Part shown: one piece after another, positions 17,362-27,856 of the stretch | How the letters are laid out: each line of letters begins with the position of its first letter | How positions within the stretch are numbered: the first letter of the stretch is position 1 | IMG/VR virus record: IMGVR_UViG_3300044676_004736 | Location: 1-37,613 of that record | Length of the DNA stretch: 37,613 nt | Strand: one strand, 5' to 3' | Origin: a virus | Lineage: Duplodnaviria; Caudoviricetes | Translations under genes and position numbers: made by a program | The notes under the pieces: generated by a model | Databases searched by the model: none | What the model was told of the DNA's origin: nothing | What the model saw: only the letters and a program-made list of their open reading frames with translations

Positions 17362-18261
17362 TTAGTCTGCGTAATAGGCTATCTTACGTGAGGTGCCATT
17401 GACCTTGACATTGATATACCCAGTGATATTTGGTGGTGTGATTCCCCCTGCTGTTGCGGTACCAGAAGATGACCCAAAGTCAATCTCACTTCCAACCATG
17501 TCAAGGTCATCATTTACCTGTATCGCACCACTACGGGCATGCAGGTTGTTTGTGTACACGTCTTCGATGTGTCCTTCACCGTAGTAACTTGACGAGTTAC
17601 CTAGATCGTAAGCACCTGATGAACCAGTAGGCCGCACGTTCACAGTCTCCAATGCCTCAGTGACTAGGATACGAGCACCACTGTGTCCCTTCAATTTGTC
17701 TAGTGTTACATCATTGATGAACATTTGATTCCAGCGTTGAGATGCAGATGACGAACCAAGATCATAGGTGCTTCCCACTTCTGGCATTAGGTCTGCTGAG
17801 ACATCAATCTCCACACTGGTCGTGTTGTCCAGTACCTCTACATCAACAGTGCCCACGTCTAGCGTGTCACTCACATTGAAGTCTGTGAAGTATCCATTAG
17901 CAAATCGATCACCAGATAAGCCTACAGTTATTGAACCGATGGGTTCTAGGTTGTCTCCAATCTGTAGGTCATTACCTGTACCTGCATAGATAGTGTTGAC
18001 ACGTACTATACCCAGTGGAGTACCAGACGTACCAATAAAGACCCCAGATGCACCCAGTTCGATGTTGTCATAAAGCGTGATGTTCCCAGTACCGGGAGCA
18101 TAAATGCTATCAACTACGAGCGTAGTGACTGTAAGTTGTGAAAGAGAGAATGGGTCGGGGTGTGTGTACGAGTCGGTTGGGTTTAGGCGATTACTGGGTA
18201 TACCACCAGCAAATGCATGGGAGCCTCTAGGTTCAGGGGAGCGTGGGTCTCGCTGTGGCAT
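17362..18261 (-). CDS. Fibre-like virion protein with four imperfect repeats (possible head fibre)
   Basis: Repeats such as YDLGSSSASQRWNQMF and YDLGNSSSYYGEGH; C-terminal GYINVKVNGTSRKIAYY. Confidence 0.65.
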   Translation of the reverse strand: MPQRDPRSPEPRGSHAFAGGIPSNRLNPTDSYTHPDPFSLSQLTVTTLVVDSIYAPGTGNITLYDNIELGASGVFIGTSGTPLGIVRVNTIYAGTGNDLQIGDNLEPIGSITVGLSGDRFANGYFTDFNVSDTLDVGTVDVEVLDNTTSVEIDVSADLMPEVGSTYDLGSSSASQRWNQMFINDVTLDKLKGHSGARILVTEALETVNVRPTGSSGAYDLGNSSSYYGEGHIEDVYTNNLHARSGAIQVNDDLDMVGSEIDFGSSSGTATAGGITPPNITGYINVKVNGTSRKIAYYAD

Positions 18262-18264
18262 AGC

Positions 18265-18315
18265 AAAGCGGGGGGAGACACCTTATACAGAAGTGTATAG
18301 GATGCCTTCCCCCCG
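18265..18315 (-). terminator. Long hairpin after the capsid genes (terminator or processing site)
   Basis: CGGGGGGA-a-GGCATC-c-TATACA-cttc-TGTATA-a-GGTGTC-TCCCCCCG followed only by CTTTG. Confidence 0.65.
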
Positions 18316-18323
18316 ATTCAGTC

Positions 18324-18719
18324 CTATGTAGCTGCCAGTACAGCGTGACCAGCCTTAGCAACGTATGCGCCAAGGTTGTAATCAGGCGTAGTACCACCGA
18401 TCGTCAACGACAAGTTCCAGTTTGCAGACTTGACAGGCGGGATAGGGATAACGTAATTACCCGCAGCCGTAATGTCCTCAGTCGCAGTGACTGTGATCTT
18501 GTGCCCAGTGTCAGTACTCGTGAGTACCGCAGCGAGCGTGGGCGACGTACCAGAAACCGAAGAAATGGTGAGCACAACCGCAAGGTCATGTTTCAGCACA
18601 GCTTCGATTGGCAGAGTGAAGGCATTCGTAGTGTCAGTAGCAGTAATGCTGGCCTGAGCACGAATGACATCATCACTAGAGAGAGGGCCGAATGCGTTTT
18701 CGTTAGTTCCAAAAGCCAT
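18324..18719 (-). CDS. Probable capsid decoration/cement protein
   Basis: All-beta 131-aa protein directly after the capsid gene with a strong AAGGAGG SD. Confidence 0.65.
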   Translation of the reverse strand: MAFGTNENAFGPLSSDDVIRAQASITATDTTNAFTLPIEAVLKHDLAVVLTISSVSGTSPTLAAVLTSTDTGHKITVTATEDITAAGNYVIPIPPVKSANWNLSLTIGGTTPDYNLGAYVAKAGHAVLAAT

Positions 18720-18731
18720 TTCAGTTCCTCC

Positions 18732-19727
18732 TTAGTTGAACAGTGGGTCAACGCCATAGTAACGAACGACTGAGCGTTTGTTCCATGCGCCGATACCGCA
18801 TTTCCACTGGAATACGACACGGTGGGTTACACCATCATCGATCAAGCGGTCTAGTGGAGTTTCAGGGGCACCCATCTGCATACCATGTACGTAGGGTTCA
18901 CCCAAGCGCATGATGTAGAATGAGGTGTTGTCTGCACCAGTAGTCGCAGTACCATCGTCACTTTCGGTGGCGGTGATAATCGAGGTAGTCTGGTCAGCCT
19001 TGGTACCTGCTCGAACGATAGGTACACCCATGAAGCTATCGATCGTTCGGTCGAATGAGTCCTTGGATGTGTCCAAGAGGCCTTCACGTCGAGCGATTGA
19101 TGCGATAGATAGATAACCCTCACGACCTGTGAGAATTAGTGAAGCACCGATGTCATCGGCTGATTCGCCGGCATCGATACGTTCCAGACCATCCGAGAGG
19201 TTGTCAAGGAATGTCTGTCGAATTGCAGAGGACGCAGATAGGTCTGCGTTACCACCATCGATTTTAGCGTCGGAATGTCCATCGGCAACGAACTGGTCGA
19301 CACGCTGTGAGAGGCCGTTGAAAGCCTCGGTGTCACTCACCTTGTTACCGTTGACGAGCCTATCCATAAACGTATATCGGAACCGATCGGACTGAGCGTT
19401 CACGTTGTAAGCGAACAAGTCCTGTTCCTTCTGACCAGCCTCTTTCAGTGCAGTATCGATATCGATCTGTCCACCGAGCAACGAGAGCGAGTCCTGTGCG
19501 TCACGTAGGTTGTCCTTCACTGTAGTGAAAGAGGAACCAAACTGACGGAAGTTCGCTTCGCTAAAGCTGTCTGCCAACCACTTCCTTACCCAGAAAGTGT
19601 CTACGTTCACGAAAGGGAGTTTATCCATCATAACAGAGCGTCGAGCAAAGTTGAGGGCGATGCCTGATGCAACACTCTCACCCATACCCTGTGCCATGTC
19701 ACGCAGATTAATCTGGCCTGAAGCCAT
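18732..19727 (-). CDS. Major capsid protein (HK97-like)
   Basis: 331 aa after the scaffold; LPFVNV, GGQIDID, FNGL, DSFMGVPIV; GGAGG SD. Confidence 0.88.
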   Translation of the reverse strand: MASGQINLRDMAQGMGESVASGIALNFARRSVMMDKLPFVNVDTFWVRKWLADSFSEANFRQFGSSFTTVKDNLRDAQDSLSLLGGQIDIDTALKEAGQKEQDLFAYNVNAQSDRFRYTFMDRLVNGNKVSDTEAFNGLSQRVDQFVADGHSDAKIDGGNADLSASSAIRQTFLDNLSDGLERIDAGESADDIGASLILTGREGYLSIASIARREGLLDTSKDSFDRTIDSFMGVPIVRAGTKADQTTSIITATESDDGTATTGADNTSFYIMRLGEPYVHGMQMGAPETPLDRLIDDGVTHRVVFQWKCGIGAWNKRSVVRYYGVDPLFN

Positions 19728-20353
19728 TAATCACCTCCATGATTTTTGTTGTAAGCGTTTGCGAAGATATTCAGAGGGTTTACCTTAGTAATATCTGTAC
19801 TCGCAGGGGAACCTCCCCCACGATCTACGGGCCCACCAGACTTCGACTTGGTGTCTTCTTCGGAACTACTCTCAGATTCTGAGCCCTTGCCTTCCCTAAG
19901 TTCTTTGGTCCAACTCTTTAGGAACGCTTCGGTTCCGTTAGAAAAGTCCAGTTTCTCAGGGTCGAGTCCAGCTTCCTTCGCAGCTTCAACGAGTTTGCTT
20001 TTTGGGTCTGCCGGATTAGGTTCAGTCGGAGCGGGGTCTTGGCGAGACTTACCCTTATCGTCAGCTACTGGGTCAGGGTTCTGTTCCTTTTTCCAGAGGC
20101 GGTTGATAATCTCTTTCTGTTTGTCCTCATCAGACAGGTTCTCAAATCGTTGGTTTTCCAATTCGGCAAGTTTGTCTTCCGCTGTCTTAGCCTTAGCAAG
20201 TGCCTCCTGCGTAGCTTTGTCAGTGTCGGACTGTCCCTTGCGGTAGCCTTCTGAGTTTGCTTCTTTACGTGCAGCCTCAATAGCTTCCTTTACCTTTGGG
20301 TCTTCCAGTACGTCTGCTTTTCCGTCGTTGTTTCCACTAGCGTCTTCTGCCAA
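19727..20353 (-). CDS. Capsid scaffolding protein
   Basis: Charged, helical, low-complexity 208 aa immediately upstream of the capsid gene; AAGGAG SD and TTG start. Confidence 0.75.
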   Translation of the reverse strand: MAEDASGNNDGKADVLEDPKVKEAIEAARKEANSEGYRKGQSDTDKATQEALAKAKTAEDKLAELENQRFENLSDEDKQKEIINRLWKKEQNPDPVADDKGKSRQDPAPTEPNPADPKSKLVEAAKEAGLDPEKLDFSNGTEAFLKSWTKELREGKGSESESSSEEDTKSKSGGPVDRGGGSPASTDITKVNPLNIFANAYNKNHGGD

Positions 20354-20365
20354 TGCGTTCTCCTT

Positions 20366-20381
20366 TGTGGTTTATACCACA
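20366..20381. promoter_or_regulatory. Palindromic element TGTGGT-TTAT-ACCACA (copy 1)
   Basis: Abuts the scaffold SD; identical copy at 30119-30134. Confidence 0.7.
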
Positions 20382-20428
20382 CAATGTGTGGCTTCTATCT
20401 ATATGTAAACAAAACCAGTTGCTTGGTG

Positions 20429-23400
20429 TCAAGCACCAAACTTGTTGGCTCCGAATTTGCGTTGCTTTTGTACACTGGGAGTAGTCTGAGGTGCTGAGAT
20501 AAACAACTGGTACCACTGCTCCATCTCTGGGTCACTCTGTCTGAGCAGCGTTCTCTTCTGCCTGATCATGTTTTCCATGAGCAAGAGCGTTGGGTTCCCC
20601 ACCATAATGTCCATGGCTTCCTTCTTGTATTGCTGCTGTCCCTCCACAGTGAACTGTCGCTGCCCAAGAATAATAGCCTGTCTGTACGCCTCAGACGCAG
20701 ACTTAAGTTGCGGATTCTGTCCTGCCAACTCCTGTAGCACCTGATCACGTACACCGAAGTACTCTCTAAAGAATGACTTGCCTTGCTCCAGCGACCGACC
20801 TAGCGGGGTTTCCCCGTTCTTCAATTCCTGCTCAATAAGGTTGAAGTAAGGCTCGTCCCTGAATCCATCCAGTATCTGTTCTCTCATTGAGAAGAAAGCA
20901 TTCCAGTCAGTCTCACCTGTACCAAGGTCAATGAACTCCTTAGCAGTTGGGTCAACAGACCAGTACTTCTCCAACGCTTCATCGACTGGGTGCGTCAACG
21001 GAGGATTCCCCCCAAACCTCTCACGCCATGCCTGTCGCTCTGCGTTAGTAATAGGTACGTCAGCGAACCGAGCCTGATTCTGTAGTGCGTCAAACGTCAC
21101 GGCCTGTCGACCCTGTATCGCTTGCCACTCTTGTCGAGCCTGTGGGCCAGTTATCTGTCCGTCTACCCACTTGTCGTTAAGCTGTTGGAACTCTTCTTTG
21201 AACTCATTAGCCACACGGCTACGCTCTTGCCAGAACTCATCTATACGGAGCAGTGCCTGTTGTTCCTCAACCGGCCTCAGACTATGGCTCGCAGTAATCC
21301 ATGCGTCATAGTTGACCCCGGCTGCCTCCATAGTTTCCCGTATAGCGCGCCTCTGCGTACCGGAGACAGCGAGCACAGAGTACACTGGAACTCCAAGCCG
21401 CCGAAACTCCTGCTGTTGCTCTCCGGTGATTCCAAGGACTTGCTCAATTACGTCGGCTGACGTTTCAATGAACTCAGTCTTCGCCGCAGGACGGTACCGC
21501 AGTATCGCACCCTGCTGCAAAGCGATCATACGTGCTGCTGCCTGACGCTGTGCTGCCCAGTAAATGCTGGTAGCTTCTTCGTCACCATCAGCCCTAGCTG
21601 TCTTCAACTGAGACACTGACTTAAATTTCCGTACCTCTCCGTTCTTACCAGTACCAAGGAAGTTGTCCGCTAGTACTTGATCAGTTAGGAAGTCCATGTA
21701 TCGACTATCGAACACGAAGTCGTGTAGTCCCGGTATCTCTGCACCAGCAGCCGCCGCACCGTGTGTAAGCAAAGCCAAAGGCGGGGGGACAATGTTCCCT
21801 GTTTCACCTTGTAACACGTCAATACCTGCCGTGATAGGTGGAGCGAAGTAGAATCCGAACCGGCCTAGCCAGTCAGTACCTTCCTCGATCTTTCCACGGA
21901 ATCCACTGTGGTACTCAGGGTAGTCCCTTGCACCCAGTCGGCGTAGCCCACCAAGAATCGTGCCCTTCATAGGGTTGAACTCGAAACCAGCAGTAGGAGC
22001 AGAGTATCCGTACTCCCAGTCAGCAGTAGAGTTAACCATGTATTTAGTCATAGCTGGCTTACTTGCAGCTAGGTTGGCGATACGTGGCCACCGTCGTGAC
22101 TCGTACATCCAGAATGGCATGAGCCTCTGCATGAAGAAGTCAAGGTTGTTTCGGTTGTCGTAGTTGATGAACGCTCTGTTAGCTTTCTCGTTAGCCTCTC
22201 GTCCGGCCTGTTGTCGAGCAGCCTTCATCTGGTTCATCAGGTCAGGAGAGTTGTCCATCTGCTTTGCCAGTTTCTCTAGGAACTCAGGCATTTCGTTAAA
22301 GTTGTCAGCGAGTGCAGCAGCGTTGTCCTGTTCCTTCATCATGCTCTCCAGCACTTCATCCACTAGGTTAGCCTGACTGTCAATCGTTGTGTTGAAGTCA
22401 CGGATACCCTTTGGGATTGGTGGAGACTCGATAGGTTGTAGGCTGAGGAATGGGTGCGCCTTGTACGCACGTATTCCATCGTCGGTCAGGCTCAGTGCGA
22501 GTGACTGGTCTTTAAACCGTTTAGATACTCGTACGAATCCCTTCTCAATCAATTCGTTAACTGCTCTGGTAGGGAACTGTTCTAACTCCCCCCGTAACAT
22601 TCGATCGATAACGTGAGACTGGTCGAGCGGAAGGAAGCCCTCACCACTAACCTCTGTCACACGGTTGAATAATCGCTGCATCAAATCAGTAGCCTGTAAG
22701 TCCTGTCGACCGGGGCCGAAACCGTGTTCCATACCGATAGCCTTTTCGATAGGTGTGTTCTCCAGCACCCCAATAAGTTCTTCAATGTCTCGTGGTGCTC
22801 GCCCGTTAAGAGCCTTCACTGCTGTGTTCACCGCTTCATCGAAGTGACCCACAGAGATTCCACCCACAGTTGTAGGTTTCGCTACTGCTGCTTCCTTTTC
22901 TACGCTTTCAAGGAAACGTTCTTGCTTGATCTCCAATTCCCGTAGCTTCTCTTCACCAAGCACACGTTGCTCTGTTTGTAGTCCACCCTCAATAAGTCTT
23001 GTATCCAGCGCATCGATCTCGTCCTGTAGTGCTGTCCACTCAGGCAACCTGTCAGCCGGCACGAACTCTTTAGCTGTGTCAGCTAATGCTCGTCGGGACT
23101 GCACAATGTCAGACCGCAAGAAGGCTTCACTCAACTCACTGTCTGGATTTGCTAGAGCCTCACGCAACGCTCGCTTAGTGCCAGCCACTTTCTTACGGGC
23201 GGCCTGAATCTGCGAGACAGTCTTGTGCTGCTGTCCAGTTTGTAATCGTTTCAAATCATTAGACACACGAGCGTGATCAGCGTTGAGCCCGTTCAGTGCA
23301 GCGTCAACAGTCTGCTCCATACCCTTTCCAGTTTCAGTGTCCGGTATGCTCACGTTCTCCAACTCTGCAATACGGTGCTCAATGTCAATAGCCCGTTGCT

Positions 23401-26400
23401 CGTGCCCCTTTATGGCTGCCTCTAAGTCACGGCCTGAAAGTTTACCCACCTTCGTTACCGCAGCGTTAAGATCAATCCAAGCTGTGTCTCCTGCACGTTT
23501 GAGATCGGCACGTTGTAGTGCGTTGATGTCCCAAATCTCCTGCATCTGTGGGAAGTACAAGTCCTCCCAGAAGTCACCTTCATACACAGATCGACTCTGA
23601 GGTGTAGGGTACTGACTGAACAGCTTCTCCCTAGTAGCCTTCAATGTCTGCTGTGTCTCAATGTTCAGCTTAGTCAACTCGATACCAGTGTCAATGAGCG
23701 TGTCGATGTTCTTCACACTAGACTGCGCCCCAGCACTTACAGCAGCTTCTTCTTGTACATCCTTTAGCAAGTGCTCAGATAGTACATTGTACTCAGGCAT
23801 TGGGTCAGAAGACTTCAGCACAGGGAAACCATGAGCAAGCAAATCGTCGTTTAACTCTTTCTGTCCAGCCATTTTACTTGTTGCGGTCTCTTCATACTTA
23901 GCTTGGAGTGCGAAGTAAAACTCCCCTGCCTCATCGAAATCCTCAGGGTCGAGGAATACTCCCGAACCTATGCGCCGTAGCTGTGCCACTTTATCGGAAC
24001 TCATACTAGAGATAGGCAAGTCAAAGTCTAATATCTCTCCACCTTCGGCCACCAACTCTTTCTCTACTACGTCACCAAAGTTGGCTGCTGCCTCTCTATC
24101 TGGTGCGAAGTACTGGCCGGGGCCTAGCTGTAGGTCTTCAGCTTTTATCTCACCACGAGCGACCATCCCTCCGTCTTTATTCTGGCCACGGAATATACGC
24201 ACCCCTGTCCCAGTAGATGCTAACTTAGTCTCAGCGGCCAGTGCGTCCGCAATTTCTTTCGAGTAGACACCCTTGGACATCTTACGTACACGTTCACCGG
24301 CAGCGTCCATCTGGGCATGCAGCCTGTCAGACACTTCAGTAACGATCTCGTCCATCTGCTTCTGTAGCTTATCTTTAACCTTCTGGTCTTTAGTGCTACG
24401 CATCTGTCGACGCAAGTGTGCATTCATCTCATAAGGCAAATCACGCAGGGCACTAGCAGACTGGTAAAACAGGTCTGTCTGATCGATAGCTTCCTGTGCC
24501 GATCGAGGTGCCACCCTACCAATAGAGTCAAACATTTCGGTGTACCGCCACTCAACAGCCTCAGGCTGGAACTTGTTCCACTCCAGCACCTTTTCCAGCG
24601 CATCCCGTTGCAACTGGTCGAAGTTGTCACGAGTCATGTTGCCCTCAAAGATAGCAGACCGGAGCAAGTGTCGGACATCGGGGGGAAGTTCCACTGCCTC
24701 TTCCAGAACTGTGTTCTGTGCCTTCTTAGTGAATGCCTCCGCACTTATGGTATCTACCACACTGCGTACTCTTGCAGGGTCACCAGTAGACGCAGCAATC
24801 CAAGCGATGTTACTCACTTCGTCTGTGAACTGGGATAAGCCGGGGGGAAGTTCTCCCTTAATTATGTTCTGTAATTCTGTGATCAGGTTCTCGTCAGCAC
24901 CCTGCTCTCGCAGTAGCTTATAGAACGTCTGGTTAAAATCCTTGAACCAAGCTGCACGTCGAACTCCACGTCCTAGTTCGGAGAAGAATTCCCCCCCGAA
25001 AGCTTTGAAAAAGCTCTGAGATATAGCGTTAGCCTTGTCTGCTAGCCCCGCTGTTGCTTCTTCTGAATAGAGTCCCTGCTGTTGCAAGTACTTCTGCGTT
25101 CCCACTTCTGTCAGGAAGGACTGCGGTGCTGCATCACCAACTAGATCGAGCGTCATGTGTCGGAACATACCGGGGTCAAGCTGCCATTTAACTGAGCCTT
25201 GTCCAAGCATAGCGAAGCTTACATCTTCTGCGAGATTCATTGGGCCGAACATTCCAAACGTAAGATGAGACAGTGAGAGTGGTCGAATCAAGAGTGGTTC
25301 GACCTTCTTCTGGTATGTCTCTGCTATCTTGGTAACGCTCTGGTCGAACACCTTAGCGAATTGATCTGCGTGTTGTGCGTCCAGCTTCATACGTTGTAAC
25401 AGTGACGTTACGTTCTCTACACGGTTAGGTGAAATACCTTTAACCACTTGGCCGGGAGCCGATGTGAATGGGTCTAGTGAGATACGTTGGCCACCCTGTA
25501 CAATGGCACGTCCCTCTCGTTCAGCTACCTGTGAGGCAATCTCAGCCGAGAAAGCTTCTGGGTCTAGCTTTACCAGCCGCTCTGTGTATTTAGCCCACGC
25601 CTGTTCACCAGCCTTAAGTGTAGGGGCTGAGTTGATTATGTCGTGTTCAAGGTGATTTAAGATGTTGTTGACACTGAATGGGCCGGCACCTGACATGTCA
25701 GAAGTGCCACGAGAAGCAAGGAAGGCTGCTGTGTCTTCTGGGTTCTTAGACAAGAGGTTCTCACCAAACGATGAGGCTATTGCCTGATGCACTCGTGTGC
25801 CTGTTTCTTTGACGAGTGTCTTAGCATGAGGCTTAAACAACTCTTTCAATACTGGTACCTGCTTTGCTCCTAGGATTGGGGCACCGATTACTTTAGCGGT
25901 TACTTTACCGGGGAACTGATCAACTGCATTAGCTGCATAGAGGGCAGGGCGTAGTGCCTTAGGTGCAACACGTGCCAACGCACCGGGAGCCCCGAAGCCT
26001 ACAAGGTTCAGTGGGTCAAAGATAATCTCTAGTCCACCCTTAACCCCCCAAGCTGTGTCAGCTTCCTCGTACGAACGTTTGAGTGCTTCATAAGTTTCCA
26101 TTATGGAAAGATTACGTACCTGCGTCCCCTTCGCATCAGCTATCTGCCGTCGTGCAATCTCGAACTCTTTCTCGAAACTCTGCTGGCCGGGAATAAGTGC
26201 AGAACCAATACCAAGACTAATAGCAGCCGTTGGCTTGTTGATGTTCTCCACCCACCAGTCAACTGTCTTTAGGGTACGAGACATCGCTCGCTTCCATAGT
26301 GGTAAGTCTTTAGCCTGTGGCAACACTTGCTCAATTACCTCTGGGCTGAACTTAGGTAGTTCCTCTCCCTGATACTCAGCAAGGTACTTAGTGAAGTCAG

Positions 26401-26557
26401 AGTTAACTGATGCCCCCAAGTTTACTGTACGGGCGTGTGCTTCTGCTGCTAGGTAGTTGTCCTCAAAATGCTTTACGTGCTGTTTAGCAACTAATTCACG
26501 CTCAGGCTCCGACAATACGTTCCACTTTGCCGCAAAATCCTCAGTGTATTGGTTCAA
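20429..26557 (-). CDS. Giant internal virion / DNA-ejection protein with ART-like insert
   Basis: 2042-aa mostly helical ORF in the virion block; includes the DPLNLVG motif seen in such proteins. Confidence 0.7.
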   Translation of the reverse strand: MNQYTEDFAAKWNVLSEPERELVAKQHVKHFEDNYLAAEAHARTVNLGASVNSDFTKYLAEYQGEELPKFSPEVIEQVLPQAKDLPLWKRAMSRTLKTVDWWVENINKPTAAISLGIGSALIPGQQSFEKEFEIARRQIADAKGTQVRNLSIMETYEALKRSYEEADTAWGVKGGLEIIFDPLNLVGFGAPGALARVAPKALRPALYAANAVDQFPGKVTAKVIGAPILGAKQVPVLKELFKPHAKTLVKETGTRVHQAIASSFGENLLSKNPEDTAAFLASRGTSDMSGAGPFSVNNILNHLEHDIINSAPTLKAGEQAWAKYTERLVKLDPEAFSAEIASQVAEREGRAIVQGGQRISLDPFTSAPGQVVKGISPNRVENVTSLLQRMKLDAQHADQFAKVFDQSVTKIAETYQKKVEPLLIRPLSLSHLTFGMFGPMNLAEDVSFAMLGQGSVKWQLDPGMFRHMTLDLVGDAAPQSFLTEVGTQKYLQQQGLYSEEATAGLADKANAISQSFFKAFGGEFFSELGRGVRRAAWFKDFNQTFYKLLREQGADENLITELQNIIKGELPPGLSQFTDEVSNIAWIAASTGDPARVRSVVDTISAEAFTKKAQNTVLEEAVELPPDVRHLLRSAIFEGNMTRDNFDQLQRDALEKVLEWNKFQPEAVEWRYTEMFDSIGRVAPRSAQEAIDQTDLFYQSASALRDLPYEMNAHLRRQMRSTKDQKVKDKLQKQMDEIVTEVSDRLHAQMDAAGERVRKMSKGVYSKEIADALAAETKLASTGTGVRIFRGQNKDGGMVARGEIKAEDLQLGPGQYFAPDREAAANFGDVVEKELVAEGGEILDFDLPISSMSSDKVAQLRRIGSGVFLDPEDFDEAGEFYFALQAKYEETATSKMAGQKELNDDLLAHGFPVLKSSDPMPEYNVLSEHLLKDVQEEAAVSAGAQSSVKNIDTLIDTGIELTKLNIETQQTLKATREKLFSQYPTPQSRSVYEGDFWEDLYFPQMQEIWDINALQRADLKRAGDTAWIDLNAAVTKVGKLSGRDLEAAIKGHEQRAIDIEHRIAELENVSIPDTETGKGMEQTVDAALNGLNADHARVSNDLKRLQTGQQHKTVSQIQAARKKVAGTKRALREALANPDSELSEAFLRSDIVQSRRALADTAKEFVPADRLPEWTALQDEIDALDTRLIEGGLQTEQRVLGEEKLRELEIKQERFLESVEKEAAVAKPTTVGGISVGHFDEAVNTAVKALNGRAPRDIEELIGVLENTPIEKAIGMEHGFGPGRQDLQATDLMQRLFNRVTEVSGEGFLPLDQSHVIDRMLRGELEQFPTRAVNELIEKGFVRVSKRFKDQSLALSLTDDGIRAYKAHPFLSLQPIESPPIPKGIRDFNTTIDSQANLVDEVLESMMKEQDNAAALADNFNEMPEFLEKLAKQMDNSPDLMNQMKAARQQAGREANEKANRAFINYDNRNNLDFFMQRLMPFWMYESRRWPRIANLAASKPAMTKYMVNSTADWEYGYSAPTAGFEFNPMKGTILGGLRRLGARDYPEYHSGFRGKIEEGTDWLGRFGFYFAPPITAGIDVLQGETGNIVPPPLALLTHGAAAAGAEIPGLHDFVFDSRYMDFLTDQVLADNFLGTGKNGEVRKFKSVSQLKTARADGDEEATSIYWAAQRQAAARMIALQQGAILRYRPAAKTEFIETSADVIEQVLGITGEQQQEFRRLGVPVYSVLAVSGTQRRAIRETMEAAGVNYDAWITASHSLRPVEEQQALLRIDEFWQERSRVANEFKEEFQQLNDKWVDGQITGPQARQEWQAIQGRQAVTFDALQNQARFADVPITNAERQAWRERFGGNPPLTHPVDEALEKYWSVDPTAKEFIDLGTGETDWNAFFSMREQILDGFRDEPYFNLIEQELKNGETPLGRSLEQGKSFFREYFGVRDQVLQELAGQNPQLKSASEAYRQAIILGQRQFTVEGQQQYKKEAMDIMVGNPTLLLMENMIRQKRTLLRQSDPEMEQWYQLFISAPQTTPSVQKQRKFGANKFGA

Positions 26558-27856
26558 TTAGTTTCTCCTAAATTGTGCAAACACACCCCTACCTGACGGG
26601 ACGCTCTGCTCCTGTAGTTTCTTAGTAAGGTCTAACCCTAACACATTACTGATCTGCTGTACAGAATTACGGTCACCTGCGTCTAGTGCTTGGAAGGCAG
26701 CCGCTAGTGGTATGTCACTACGCAACTCACCCAGCTTACCTGTTGATGCAGGTCGACCCAGTATCTCATTCTTTAGTGGTACATCCTCACCCAGTGGTGT
26801 AGCACCACGAGTACCCAGCGACAGATCATCAGTCAACTGTGAAGCACGTGCTGGCTGTAGGTTGACCTTACTTTCCCCACCAAGGTTGAAGAAGTCCAAC
26901 ACTGCGTCACTGATCTCAAAATCAACTGGTTTCCCCCCGACGTTGATAACACCTGAGGTGTCGATCGATTCCGCACCAGCTTGGATAGCTTGGGCAATAG
27001 CTGCTGCACCGGGGCCCTGCTCTGTTAGGAGAGCCTGTTCCTCTAGTGCAATACGGTCTTTACCCAACTCTCGTTCAAGTTCGAGTCTATTCTCAGACAA
27101 TTCCAACTGACGCTGGGCAGTCTGCAAACCCTGTAGTGAGAGCATTGTCTCTAAGGCAAACTGGTTCTGTTTCAAATCAAGTTCTTCACCCGCCACAGTA
27201 ATACGAGCGTTAGTCTCGGCTAGGCCGGCCTTCACAACATCTAGTGCCAGCTTAGTCTGCTCTAGGTCTGCTGGGTTAAGGAGTGTTACCTCACCAGTCT
27301 GCATGTCCTTGACACGGTAATGTACATCACCATTAGGTAGTGTAATAGGCGTGAAGTCGATGACTGGGGCCTCTGTGGGGGGAGGAGCAGTTGCGATACC
27401 GTCAACAGCAGGTCCAGATACAAGGGCACCAGTTTCATCCCTGACTGTAGCGAACTCTGCCTCTGGGTCTTCAAACGGAGTACTTGATGCATCCTGCGCT
27501 AAGAACTCTTCCAGTGGTAGTTTACTCTCTGCCTCTAAGCGAGCCGTCTCTTCTGCTTCCGCAGCACGAGTGCGTTCAGTATGGAAGCGGTTACCCTGAT
27601 CTAGTACTTCCTGTTCAGGCAGTTTGATGTTCCTGTTAGTGCGAGTACGCCAGTCTACGCCCCTCTCAAGAGCACCACCCTTGGCAGTGTCAATGTCCTC
27701 CTTGGGCATAGCATTCTGCTTCCTGATGGCTAACCAGACTTTATCATCTGGCTCAGAAATCTTACCTGACAGCAACGCAGCATTGTACTCTTCAGGGGTT
27801 ATCTGCCCAAGAATAAGTGCTTCTAGTGCTTTGATACTCTGCTGTTCATTTGGCAT
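26558..27856 (-). CDS. Probable internal virion (ejection) protein
   Basis: 432 aa with a coiled-coil core, adjacent to the giant protein. Confidence 0.55.
   Translation of the reverse strand: MPNEQQSIKALEALILGQITPEEYNAALLSGKISEPDDKVWLAIRKQNAMPKEDIDTAKGGALERGVDWRTRTNRNIKLPEQEVLDQGNRFHTERTRAAEAEETARLEAESKLPLEEFLAQDASSTPFEDPEAEFATVRDETGALVSGPAVDGIATAPPPTEAPVIDFTPITLPNGDVHYRVKDMQTGEVTLLNPADLEQTKLALDVVKAGLAETNARITVAGEELDLKQNQFALETMLSLQGLQTAQRQLELSENRLELERELGKDRIALEEQALLTEQGPGAAAIAQAIQAGAESIDTSGVINVGGKPVDFEISDAVLDFFNLGGESKVNLQPARASQLTDDLSLGTRGATPLGEDVPLKNEILGRPASTGKLGELRSDIPLAAAFQALDAGDRNSVQQISNVLGLDLTKKLQEQSVPSGRGVFAQFRRN

Noticed and set aside
20395-20435. TTGACA at the end of the giant gene as a -35 for the capsid operon
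   Set aside because: No convincing -10 at 16-18 nt spacing, so it was not called.
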